Shown one piece after another: positions 1 through 13,924 of a stretch of DNA of 64,000 bases. The stretch lies in NCBI RefSeq assembly GCF_009914755.1, contig NC_060935.1; one strand, 5' to 3'. The position numbers and the translations under genes are program-made. Under the pieces are notes generated by a model. That model made no database searches, was not told the DNA's origin, and saw nothing but the letters and a program-made list of their open reading frames with translations. Numbering within the stretch: the stretch's first letter is position 1; each line of letters begins with the position of its first letter. Source of the stretch: the human T2T-CHM13v2.0 reference genome, Homo sapiens.

Positions 1-48
1 TCAGCATATGTGGAACAGAGAGAGAAATAAGGCTTAAGAAAGGGGCTG

Positions 49-2180
<2,132 letters not shown>

Positions 2181-2596
2181 GATATAGATTGAAAATGAAA
2201 GAGGAGGTAGACAAAACAGTGCCTTAAAATGGTGATAAAAATGATGATTTATTTCCTTTGCAAAATAATAGAGGAAACAGTTGAATGGTTTTAATCAATA
2301 TTGTTGATATGATCAGATGGCACTGATGTAAGAAAGTGAAAAAAATGGGCAAAATAAGGATATTTGGTAAATTAAATTGGTAAGATTTGCTGAGGGATTT
2401 GCTATAGGAGGAGGCAAGTTGGGGAGGTGTCATGACCCTCAGTCTTAGATTTGCACAATAGGATGGATGGCAGTATCACACTCTTTAAATTAAAATCCTG
2501 AGTCCCAAGTTTCCAAGGAAGGAAATTATGAATTTGTCTTTGGAAAAGCTAAAGTGCCATTGAACTATCTAAATAGATAATGAGTAGATAGTTTAA

Positions 2597-2929
<333 letters not shown>

Positions 2930-2999
2930 AGAAATTAAATTTATCTGTCTATGGATATAAGTGAAGTTTCATGGGAAGAATATAAATAACATGAAAAAT

Positions 3000-4240
3000 T
3001 TTAAAAAACTGATTTCTTGGATATAACACCGAAAGCAAAGCAAAAAAGCAAAAATAGGCAAATGGAACTCTATCAAACTAAAAAGCTCTGCACAGTAAAG
3101 GAAACAATCCACAGAACAAAAAGGAAATCTATGGAATGAGGAAATATTTGCAAACTATATATTGATAAGCAGTTAACATCTAAAATATATTATGAATTCC
3201 TATAACTCGATAGCAAAACAACAACAAATAGCCTGATTTAAGAATGAGATATAAATGGCCAATAAGTATTATAAAAAGATTCTCAACATCACTAATCATT
3301 AGCAAAATGAAAGTAAAAGCTGCAATGAGATATTAGCTCACAGCTATTACGATGTCTTTTATAAAAAAAAAAAGAAGTGTAGGCAAGGATGTTAAAGAAC
3401 TGGAACCCTTGTACATTGTCGGTGGGAATGTAAAATAATGCAGCCGCTGTGGAAAACAGTATGAAGTTTCCTTAAAAATTAGAAATAGAACTACCATATG
3501 ATACAGCAATCTTAATTCTGAGTATATACCCAAATGAACTGAAATAAGAATCTCAAAAAAGATATCTGTACTCCCAACTTCACTGCAGAACTAGTCACAA
3601 TAGCCAACTTAAGGGAAAAATCCAAACAAATATGGACAGATGAATAAAGAAAATGTGATATATACAAACAATGGAATATTATTCAACCTTTCTAAGGAAG
3701 GAAATCCTGCCATTTGGAACAGCATGGATGAACCTGATGGACACTATGCTAGGTAAAATAAGCCAATCACAGAAGGACAAATACTGAATGATTCCACTTA
3801 TATGAGGTTTCTAAAATAGTCAAACTCATAGAAGCAGAGAACAGAATATAGGTTACCAGTGTCAGGGGAGAGGGAGAGGGGAGAGTTGCTGTTCAATTGG
3901 TATAAGGTTTCAGTTACATAAAATAAATATGTTTTAGAGACCTGCTCTGCAGTATCATGTTGATAGTCAACTGTTTTACACTGTTGACTGTCAGCACTAT
4001 AGTGTGTTATACACTTAGAAATTTATTATGAGGGTAGATATCAAGTTAAGTTCTTACTAAAAACAAAAAGGGATACAAGGAAGCTTTTGGAGCTGATGTA
4101 TATTTCTATTAACTTGACTGTGATGACTGTTACAGGTATATGCATACGTCCAAACTCATCAAGTTGTATAAATTAAATAAGTGAAGTTGATTGTATATTA
4201 TATTCTATATTTATGTTAAATAAATCTTTTTTTAAAAAAA
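3000..4240 (+). mobile_element. 5'-truncated L1 (L1MA10/L1MB-type)
   Basis: ATCAAACTAAAAAGCTCTGCACAG, AATAGAACTACCATATGA, GATTCCACTTATATGAGG, 3' end CATACGTCCAAACTCATCAA followed by A tract. Confidence 0.9.
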
Positions 4241-4784
4241 AGAAATTGAAAGGACTTAAGACTGAGCCTTGAGAAATTTCAACAGTGAATGACAGGGTAG
4301 AGTATGATGAGCAAGTAAATAAGACAGAGATAATAGCGGTCAGACAAGTGGAATATAAACTAGGAGACAGATGGATCATAGAAGGTAAGAGAAATAGTTG
4401 TTTTAAAAGAAAGGGAAATGCCAGTAGTATTGACTGCTGCCCAGAGGTCAAGTAAGTGGGAATTAAAATTGTACATTTATTCAGCAGAATGAATAATTGT
4501 TGAATAAGTAGATCAATGAAATAAAGTTGAGTTTTCTGTGCAGTTAAAAGTGTAAACAAAAACCATTAGTTTGAAAAACACTGCATTGAACTTATTGAAA
4601 GTAACACATCATTCACAGAATGGAAAATGGATTCAATCATGAATTTCTTCATACCTTATCTTTCTAGTAACTCTATGTTGATCATCTTCAGAAACCTCAT
4701 TAAAGAAAAAGATTCTAGCTTGACATTGGAGAACTTGATCTTGTAGATGTCTGCTTACTATCCTGCTTTAGTTGCTTTACCAAC

Positions 4785-4865
4785 ACAGCACATGTAAACC
4801 TATGTAACAAACCTGCGTGTTGTGCTCATGTACCCCAGAAATTAAAGTATAATTTTAAAAAATAA
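4785..4865 (+). mobile_element. Terminal ~80 bp of an L1PA element
   Basis: ACCTATGTAACAAACCTGC...CATGTACCCCAGAAATTAAAGTATAA matches the L1PA 3' terminus. Confidence 0.85.
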
Positions 4866-5259
4866 GGCTCATTAATCAAAACACAGTGCAACTTTTTGTT
4901 TAAACCAAAGACACTTAAAGTGTGCTTTCTGACATGCTGAAACTACTGGTTTTTGGGAGAGCAATTCAAGACTGTGGAATTTTAGCTAAATATTTGAGAG
5001 TAGGCATATTAAAAAACAAATGCCCAGAATTCAAGTTATTCTTAAAAACATTTTCTCTGGTGAATCATTTCTGACTTCGCTAGAACTCTAAAATTATGAT
5101 TTTAATAAAATATAATTTAAATATAATATCCAATTAAGCAGGATGTTTAATCATTCAGAAATATTGGCCCAAATTTTTACCTCTGATACATAATCTTATA
5201 ATGTGAAAAAGTAAACATGAATTTATAGGATGTCGCAGAATTTAAGGATAGTTTTACAG

Positions 5260-5470
5260 TCAGGAAGATGAGATTTTGGGTCCTAAAACTCTCCCTTTAC
5301 ATACTAGCTACATGCAAAGCCCAGGTTCTCTTATCAGAAAAAAAATGGGGTTATCAGTTGGCTGTATCTCACAAGGCTAAAAGGAGTTAATGAGATCCTG
5401 TGTGCAAAGCACTTAGCACAGAGCCTATGCTCAGAGGACCCTCAGTAACTATAGACATTATTATTGTTCT
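5260..5470 (+). mobile_element. MIR SINE
   Basis: AAAATGGGG...TTAATGAGAT...GCAAAGCACTTAGCACAGAGCCT core. Confidence 0.75.
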
Positions 5471-5724
5471 CAACTAGGAATAAACTTCAACAATGCCAAG
5501 TAGCAACTCATGGATTTGCTTATGCATTCAAAACCTATTTATGAAGGAAAGACAAACCATCAGACTGTGATAGATGCTGTGGAAGACACAGCCATGAATG
5601 AGATAAGGCCCCGTCACAAATAATTACTATCATACAAAGTAAGAACTGGTATATGCCAAAAGAAAAGGAAGAAATAGGGAAATTTACCTGTGACTGCTGA
5701 AAGCTTGGAGAAAGTTTCATTATG

Positions 5725-5950
5725 GGGGTAAATGTATTACAGTCACAAGTACAGGCTAAGTGGAGGGAGGGGCTCTGTTTAACTCCCGATTCTACTGTTT
5801 TTTAGTGACCCTGTCATGGAACTTTCAGTAATTCGGTATTGTTATTCCTAAAATGGAGTTTCTTAATAATATCTAGTGGATAAATGAAGTAGAGTATTGA
5901 AAGCATTCAAAACAACTATTGGCACATAGTAAATCATCAGTAAATGTCAG
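5725..5950 (+). mobile_element. MIR SINE
   Basis: AAAATGGAG...GGATAAATGA...TGGCACATAGTAAAT...AGTAAATGT. Confidence 0.6.
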
Positions 5951-6024
5951 TGGGTGACTTTAATGTGTGTATATTCAGCCCAACAGCCAGCTACCCTTCT
6001 TTCATGTGCTACTTGCCCTTTCTC

Positions 6025-6128
6025 TTTTAGACAAGCTCTAGGTTCACAGCAAAATTGAGAGGAAAGTATGGAAATTTTCCATATATACCCTACCCCCACG
6101 CTTGTATAGCTTCCCCATTATCAACATT
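6025..6128 (-). mobile_element. L1MC/L1MD 3' end fragment
   Basis: TAGGTTCACAGCAAAATTGAGAGGAAAGTA...CCCCATTATCAACAT. Confidence 0.75.
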
Positions 6129-6134
6129 GGGTAG

Positions 6135-6560
6135 GCTATTTGTAGCCAAAGTAATGCAGAATGATCCTGCCCATTTCACCTCCTTCATCCTGACTGACCT
6201 AATCCTAGTCAGACGAAGTAGAACTGAGATACCAGGGATTTGAAATTGTGACGTCAAGAGAGTCGAATTCACCTCTAAGTACAAAGGGACTGTGATATGT
6301 AAACCTCAGAGTGGTAGGCAGCATAATCTGTCAATTGAATTAAGTTGCAGAGAAGGAACAGATAGAAGAAAAAAAAGAATTAAGCAGATATAAAGTGAGA
6401 AGCAGTGGTGGAAAACAGAAAATCTCAACAATTATTTAGAACTTGGTTTCAGTTCTTTTCTCAGGCCAGCTTCACTCTTTCAATTCAGTAAATATCACTT
6501 TTTGCCTAAGAGAATATGAATTGATTTCTATTATTGGCAATCAGTAAGCCAACTAAATCA
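6135..6560 (+). mobile_element. Old MaLR solo LTR (MLT1J/K/L-like)
   Basis: Ends AGTAAATATCACTTTTTGCCTAAG...GAATTGATTTCTATTATTGGCAATC...ACTAAATCA, resembling a late MLT1 3' end. Confidence 0.55.
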
Positions 6561-6864
6561 AGATTGCGTTTGAACTCTGTTTTGGAGAATAGGTATTATT
6601 GAGATGAAACAATGAGAGAGGAGGAGGCTTTGTCAGCTGAATCATCTTGATCAAAGAGACTCATTATATAAAATTTATGTTTGTTTGGTGTAATGCCATG
6701 GTAAAGGAAAGAAGACAGTAAGAAAAACAAAATATAAAGATAGTTTGGGCTGAGATCATGAAAGGTCTGGAATAACATGGTTAAGCTTTTGATTTTATAA
6801 GAAAGGATTTTGATATAGGAATGACGTAACTGTGCTTGGGATTTTTCATAATTATAATTATGAT

Positions 6865-7110
6865 TAATATTTATAGAGCATCTAGTATGACCATGCATCT
6901 TGCTAGCCTTTTTATATGCATTTTCTTACTAAATTCTGCAACAATCTCATAAACTAGAAACCATTGCACTCGTAGTTTCTAGATAAATAACCTGAAGCTT
7001 GGAGAAGTTTTGGAATTTGCCAGAGGTCACAAAGCTGGTATGTATTGTAGCTAGTAACCTCAACCAAGCTCTGCTGACTAATCCTAAATTCTTCATCAGT
7101 ACGCTACATT
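6865..7110 (-). mobile_element. MIR SINE
   Basis: TATTTATAGAGC...CTAGATAAATAACCTGAAGCTT...TTTGCCAGAGGTCACAAAGCT. Confidence 0.7.
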
Positions 7111-7649
7111 TTTCATAATATGTTACACAGATTTACAAAATTCATAACCTCTATACTGGCCAGACAAGTAATAAAAGTGAGTAAAATGGATCACATGGAA
7201 CAGCGGTGATTGTGGTACACTCTGGCTAAATTCAGAGTGCATTCAACTTCTAAGGGCATTCAAATAATAATAATTATTATTATTGTAAATTCAATCTATA
7301 GACCATATATTGCCCTTGGATTAAGGTTGATTATATTAGAATATAGCCTATGGGTAGGAAGATCAATCATATGATAATTACAGGTGAAGAGAAATGAGAA
7401 AATGCAATCTGTGGCCAGGATGGAAATTGTGGGAAATGAGAAGGAGGACCACAATTCAGAGACACAGGGATATCTAGTGTCATGTAAGGGGTATAAGATG
7501 AAAAACAGTAGTAGTCTTTATTGTAAAAATATCAATGTTTTGTGACTAAAGTGTTAGTAGATTAAGAAAAACAACATAGAAGTGGGGGAGGAGTTGAGTA
7601 TAGATGGTAAGTATAAGCATGGGACCATTCAATCTAAAATATCAGCTGG

Positions 7650-8023
7650 TGTATTAATCCATTCTCTCACTGTTATAAAGAAATACCTGAGACTGGGTAA
7701 TTTACAAAGGAAAGAGGTTTAACTGACTCACAGTTTCGCATGGCTGGAGAGGCCTCAAGAAACTTACAATCAAGGCACAAGGAAAAGCAAGGCACCTTCT
7801 TCACAAGGTAGCAGGAGGAAAACTAAATGCAGGAGGAACTACCAAACACTTATAAAACCATCAGATCTTGTGGGAACTCACTCACTATCACGAGAACAGC
7901 AAACCAACCCCCTGATTCAATTGCCTCCACCTGGTCTCTCCCTTGACATGTGGGGATTATGGAGATTATGGGAATTACAATTCAAGATGAGATTTTGGGT
8001 GGGGACATAGCAAAATCACATCA
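7650..8023 (-). mobile_element. THE1 (THE1C/D-like) MaLR solo LTR
   Basis: TG...CA termini, TACCTGAGACTGGGTAATTTA, CCATCAGATCTTGTG, GATTTTGGGTGGGGACA; exact 5-bp TSD GCTGG at 7645-7649 and 8024-8028. Confidence 0.95.
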
Positions 8024-8669
8024 GCTGGTATCATTTTGGAGCTATTTTTCAATATGTGAAAATGGAGACTGAAATAGTGGTTTGCATTTAAACTGTAACT
8101 ATTAAATTGATTAACAAATAAAAATATTTGTTTTAGAATAATTATAACATTCTCTAGATCAGAAAATCCTAGCTTGGCTTACATACCCAGTAGGGATAAC
8201 TTATGTTCCCTGAATTTGGGGACTGGAGAACTTCATTTATAAACTACCAGAAGCTTCCAACTAATTCATGTGGGTCTTTTGGCAGCAACGCCAATACGTC
8301 ATGATTATTTGCCTCAGGGTCTCTTTTTGCCTTTGATTTTCCTCATCTGGTCTCTGATTGAGTGTGGGGAGAATTGACCTCAAAGGTTTAACTCATTGTC
8401 ACCCTCCCGGAGCATTGTAGGTTTCTTTGTTTTCTTACTCTCTGTGCTGCCCTCCAGCCTTTGCTTCAGGAGGCAGATTTATTCAGGTTTTATAGCTGTT
8501 GCTTTTTTTCTCCACACACGGTCATAAGGCTCACCCTCTATTTCCAGAGAGGCATAGTCAGAGAAGCTATCTCAACGTCAATCACATGTGATTATTTGGG
8601 ACACAGGACAGGATACTCTAACCATAATCACAGAACCTAGCCTTTTGATAGGTTCCTGATTGGAAGAAG

Positions 8670-9130
8670 CATAAGTTGAGGAACCAGTAGACTTAAGTGA
8701 ATCCTGGTGTTTCCTCTTTAGCCATGTGTCCAAGGACTCAAGGCTCCACTTTGAGACTCTCCTCCTTCAACTGCAAAATGAGGATAATACCTGCCTCCAA
8801 AGTTTATTATGAGCATCAAGTAAGTGTGTGCATATAGACATTGCCCAGCACAATGCAGTGGTTGCCTTAGTGCTCACAAGATTTTGAGGCACATGTGCTA
8901 ATGATTTAGGAACATTGTTATGAACTTGAATTAGATGCAAATCATGGTTCCACCACTTATTAGATAAGTGAATTCAGAAAGTGACTTCCTGAGTCTCAGT
9001 TTCCTTATTTATTACATGAGGATTATAGTGTTTACTGCTCAGAATGGTTGGGACAATGAGGTTGGATGACTCTTAGCACATGACCTGTCATACGTGATGT
9101 GTCCAATTATTATTATTATTGCTTTTTGCT
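8670..9130 (+). mobile_element. Two adjacent MIR SINEs
   Basis: CTGCAAAATGAGGATAATACCTGCCTC (about 8771) and CTGAGTCTCAGTTTCCTTATTT...ATGAGGATTATAG (about 8990). Confidence 0.7.
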
Positions 9131-9309
9131 ACCATTGTTACTATAATTACCCAAATTATCATTTCTTCACTAAGCCATGTTTGCCTCCAGTTTATTAATC
9201 TTATGGCATATATATATGTGTATATATACATAGTACTTAAAAATAATAATACAATCATGTTATTTTAAAACATCTGTGCCAGTTCTTAAAAAATTACTCA
9301 TTTAAGTGA

Positions 9310-9505
9310 AAGTATAGAGGTTAAGAATTCTGGAGTCAAATTGCAGAGTCAGAAGCCTTGTTTGCCTGCTTTCTAGCTGTGTGGCACTGCCTAGACACTT
9401 GCCTTTCTAAGTAGTTAACTCCTAGGATATTATGGGGTAAAATGTAAATAACACATAGATGGCCCATGCCTGCCACATAGTAAGCTCTCAATAAATGTTA
9501 GCAAC
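9310..9505 (+). mobile_element. MIR SINE
   Basis: GGTTAAGAATTCTGGAGTCAAA...CCTGCCACATAGTAAGCTCTCAATAAATGTTAGC. Confidence 0.8.
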
Positions 9506-9515
9506 TCTTGACATT

Positions 9516-9686
9516 CCTTTTGGTTTTAGGATAAATTGTCCATTACTATGTGAAATTCAGTTTTTCACTATAGGCCTCAATGGGCTCAGAAATGTCCCTT
9601 CGTATATTTTACAAAAAGAGTGTTTGCAACCTGCTGAATCAAACCCTTTTGGTTTTAGGGCAAATTGTCCATTACTATTTGAAATT
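9516..9686 (+). repeat. 42-bp direct duplication flanking the alphoid fragment (9516-9557 and 9645-9686)
   Basis: CCTTTTGGTTTTAGGATAAATTGTCCATTACTATGTGAAATT vs CCTTTTGGTTTTAGGGCAAATTGTCCATTACTATTTGAAATT, 39/42 identical, ungapped. Confidence 0.97.
9558..9644. repeat. Isolated alpha-satellite half-monomer (ancient monomeric type, non-CENP-B box)
   Basis: CAGTTTTTCACTATAGGCCTCAATGGGCTCAGAAATGTCCCTTCGTATATTTTACAAAAAGAGTGTTTGCAACCTGCTGAATCAAA is colinear with the alphoid consensus segment TTTTTCACCATAGGCCTCAA...CAAAT.TCC.CTT.CAGATTCTACAAAAAGAGTGTTT...CTGCT..ATCAAA. Confidence 0.88.
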
Positions 9687-10723
9687 TAAGAAGTCAAAGA
9701 GGAAGGCACTGATGAGTTATGAAGGATAATGGTGTTTAGCTATACTTAAATATCTTCACACAAGCCTTAGTAACAGTAAAAACAAAGAGGAGAAAGCATG
9801 ATCTCAGAGCAAACAGTATCTTTCCTAATGTCAGAGTGCTCTGTGCTTTCAGGGTCTAAACATATGGTCCATGGAAAATGTTATCTCAATATAGTATGCA
9901 GTATTCTTACAAACTAATTGAAAGGACAAATGGTAGAGGAAAAAAACATATCCTAGAAAGTTCTGGAAATTAGATGTATAGGTAGCAGTGTATTATGGGA
10001 CTAAATTTGTCTAAGTTTGGAGTTATAGTCATCTTCCTTGGAGGATTTATTTCTAAGAAATTAATTTTCTTAATGTAAAGAAAGAAACAAAAAGAAGCAA
10101 CAGACTTCGAAAATAGGTTCTGTTTGGAAAAGCAAGGAATTCCAAATGAAGCTTAATAAAGGTAGCATTCGATCTGCAATTTTTAACCAGAGAAATACTA
10201 ATAGAAAAAAGTATATAAAAAACTGGAGTGAAATAGGTTAGAGAGACACATCAGCTCTAGTGACTACCTTGATTCACTGGTTGAAATCACCCTTTAGGGT
10301 GTCCTTGATTCAAGCCATTTTACAAAGAAGGTTCAATAAAGTGATGGCAGTAGTAGGATTCATCAGCATCACCAGGAGACATAATTAATACAAGTGCAAT
10401 GTAACTTTTAAACATTGTTAACAGCAACACCATGATCTTCTCCATAAGATGCCAACAAAGTTATTTGAAAAGATTAGTTTGTGTGTGTGTTTTGTTTTTA
10501 AACAAATTACTGGTTGTTGAATGACTTGATTTAGATTTGTACTGGGTTGACTTTGAGTTTAAATCAGCATGAACTAATTTACTATTATGTTTCATGCTGA
10601 TGCCATCTCATTAGACCAGACATGTGAAGAAGGTTAAAACATAGTTCTCCTTAGTATAAATGATAAGGTGAAATATGTCTTACCAAATGAGTTGAACTGC
10701 TTGAAAACTTTTGTACATTTTGA

Positions 10724-11440
<717 letters not shown>

Positions 11441-12169
11441 TCCAATCAAGCTATATTACTTTTTCCTTTCCTTATTCACTCAACTGGCCGCATGGCTTCC
11501 TGGTTTACATAACAGCTTTCTAAGCCATCTAACGTTAGAACCTTTACATTTGCTAGTCATTCTCTTCCTGGAATGCTCTTTTTTTTTCAAATCTCTACAG
11601 GGCTTATTTGCTTTTCTCCTTTAGGTGAACACAATGCCATCTTCTCTGCAAGGGCTTCATTAACTACCTTTAAAAATATTGCTAAATTTCTCCCTTCTTT
11701 TCTGTCACTTCTTATTCCCTTTCCCTACTTCAATTTTCTCCACAGCCATTGTCATCATCATCCAGCATACCACATATTCTACCTTTTGGTTCATTGTCAA
11801 CTACCCTTTCTGGAATATTAGCTTCATGGGAGCAGGAATTTTGGTCTGTTTTGTTCACTGCTCTAACATCAACAACTGCAATAATGACTGTCATAGAGTA
11901 GATTCTTTAACAAATACGTGTTTAATGTGAGTGAACCCTGTCAAAATATGAGCTGCAAATATTAGCCATGGGGGGAATTAATGCAAGTGAGGAAATATAT
12001 GACCTTCAATAACAAAAAATGGCCACATTTTAAATTTTCAAAACAGCAACCTGATTTGTGAAGGGCTGGAATATTTCCTTTTAGGCTCTGTCTCCGTAAG
12101 AAAAGAGAGTCTGTGATGATTCCATCCAGGGTTAGTGACAGCACGCTCTATTCTCAGTGCTGTGGTAAA

Positions 12170-12345
12170 TACCACCTGATTCAATCCTCACAATAACCAC
12201 ATGTAGTAGGTAGTATTTTTATCCCCACCGTAAAGAAACGGGGAGAGGCTGGGTATTCTTGTCCAGAAAGCTGTTAAGGCTGAATTTGAACTCCAGCAGT
12301 CTGGCTCCCAAGGCCACAATTGTCACTTCCCCATAATACTATATC
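12170..12345 (-). mobile_element. MIR SINE
   Basis: AATCCTCACAATAACC...GTAGGTAGTATTTTTATCCCCA...ATTTGAACTCCAGCAGTCTGGCTCC. Confidence 0.8.
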
Positions 12346-12764
12346 CCAAATTAAATAGAGATTGTAGGAGATAGTTGTAGCTGTAAGAGAGACAGGTAAA
12401 GTTCCAAAACAATGCCAACTGATAGAGGCATTTTCACAAAGACTTTATAAGCACAACAACTCACAATAATTTAAATCACCCTTTTCTATATAAAGGAAGT
12501 TTGGCCCCTACCCCATCTGGTTCTCAAAAACCATATCTCAGATTTTAATATTTCAAATAAGCTGTGGCCAGATCCTCTCAGCTCCTAAAGACAAATCTCA
12601 AAAACCCATGATATATATATATGTGGATCAGATGTGATACAGATTAGTTCCCTGGGAAAGGAAAGAAAAAAGGAAAGCTATTATGTAAAACCCGCATGAC
12701 CATTCCAACCACCTAACTTCAAGAGTTTGTGTATAGATTGGAAAGCTAGTAAATTCCTGAGTGG

Positions 12765-13092
12765 CTGTAGCCCTGTCTACTCAGCTGCAGCATAGCCATC
12801 AACTTGAGAGTCTGTTAGGAAAGCCGAATCTCAAGCGTCACCCCAGACCCACAGGATTAGAATCTGCATTTCAACAAGATTCCCCCAGTGACTTGCAGCT
12901 TATTACAGTTTGAACACTGCATTAACCTATTGTCTCTCAAACTAGGTTATACATTGGAAGCATAGGGGGAGTTTAAAAAATATGGGCCAAGTTCCCAGAT
13001 ATATTGATTTAATTGGCCTGGGGTGCACATGGAAAAATCTTTCTAACATTCTCCAGGTGATTCTAACATGCAACCAAGTCTGAGAACTGCCG
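12765..13092. mobile_element. Two adjacent MER5-family MITEs (about 12765-12920 and 12928-13092)
   Basis: CACCCCAGACC...AGAATCTGCATTTCAACAAGAT and TTTAATTGGCCTGGGGTG...CTCCAGGTGATTCTAACATGCA...TGAGAACTGC. Confidence 0.8.
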
Positions 13093-13135
13093 CTCTCATC
13101 ACTCTGAGTAATTCTTTAAGCAGCAGCACTCATTA

Positions 13136-13924
13136 TTTTTATCCTCCTAATGCTATCCCTCCCCCTTCCCCCCAACCCACACAGGCCCCAGTGTGTGATG
13201 TTCCCCTTCTTCTGTCCAAGTGTTCTTATTGTTCAATTCCCACCTATGAGTGAGCATATGCAGTGTTTGGTTTTCTGTCATTGCGATAGTTTGCTGAGAA
13301 TGATGGTTTCCAGCTTCATCCATGTTCCTACAAAGGACATGAACTTATCCTTTTTTGTGGCTGCTTAGTATTCCATGGTGTATATGTGCCACATTTTCTT
13401 AATCCAGTCTATCATTGATGGACATTTGGGTTGGTTCCAAGTCTTTGCTATTGTGAATAGTGCCGCAATAAACATACGTGTGCATGTGTCTTTATAGCAG
13501 CATGCTTTATAATCCTTTGGGTATATACCAGTAATGGGATAGCTGGGTCAAATAGTATTTCTAGTTACTCTAGTATTTCTAGATCCTTGAGGAATTGCCA
13601 CACTGTCTTCCACAGTGGTTGAACTAGTTTACTGTTCTACCAATAGTGTAAAAGTGTTCCTATTTCTCCACGTCCTCTGCAGCACCTGTTGTTTCCTGAC
13701 TTTTTAATGATTGCCATTCTAACTGGTGAGATGGTATCTCGTTGTGGTTTTGATTTGCATTTCTCTGATGGCCAGTGATGATGAGCATTTTTTCATGTGT
13801 CTGTTGTCTGCATAAATGTCTTCTTTTGAGAAGTGTCTGTTAATATCCTTTGCCCACTTTTTGATGGGGTTGTTTTTTTCTTGTAAATTTGTTTGAGTTC
13901 ATTGTAGATTCTGGATATTAGCCC
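13136..13924 (-). mobile_element. L1PA (about PA4-6) fragment lacking its 5' part and its terminal ~110 bp and poly-A
   Basis: High identity to the L1PA at 60354-61260 from CTCCTAATGCTATCCCTCCCC to CTGGATATTAGCCC; candidate TSD CACTCATTA (13127-13135) / CACTCTTTA (13924-13932). Confidence 0.95.

Noticed and set aside
7263-7284. Perfect 22-bp palindrome AATAATAATAATTATTATTATT
   Set aside because: Two abutting (AAT)n/(ATT)n microsatellites; common low-complexity outcome
9516-9686. Repeat-spacer-repeat layout reminiscent of CRISPR
   Set aside because: Only two repeats, 87-bp spacer, primate genomic context, no cas genes
9495-9689. 64-aa ORF with repeated PFGFR.NCPLL.EI peptide
   Set aside because: By-product of the 42-bp duplication at an offset of 129 bp (a multiple of 3); no evidence of coding
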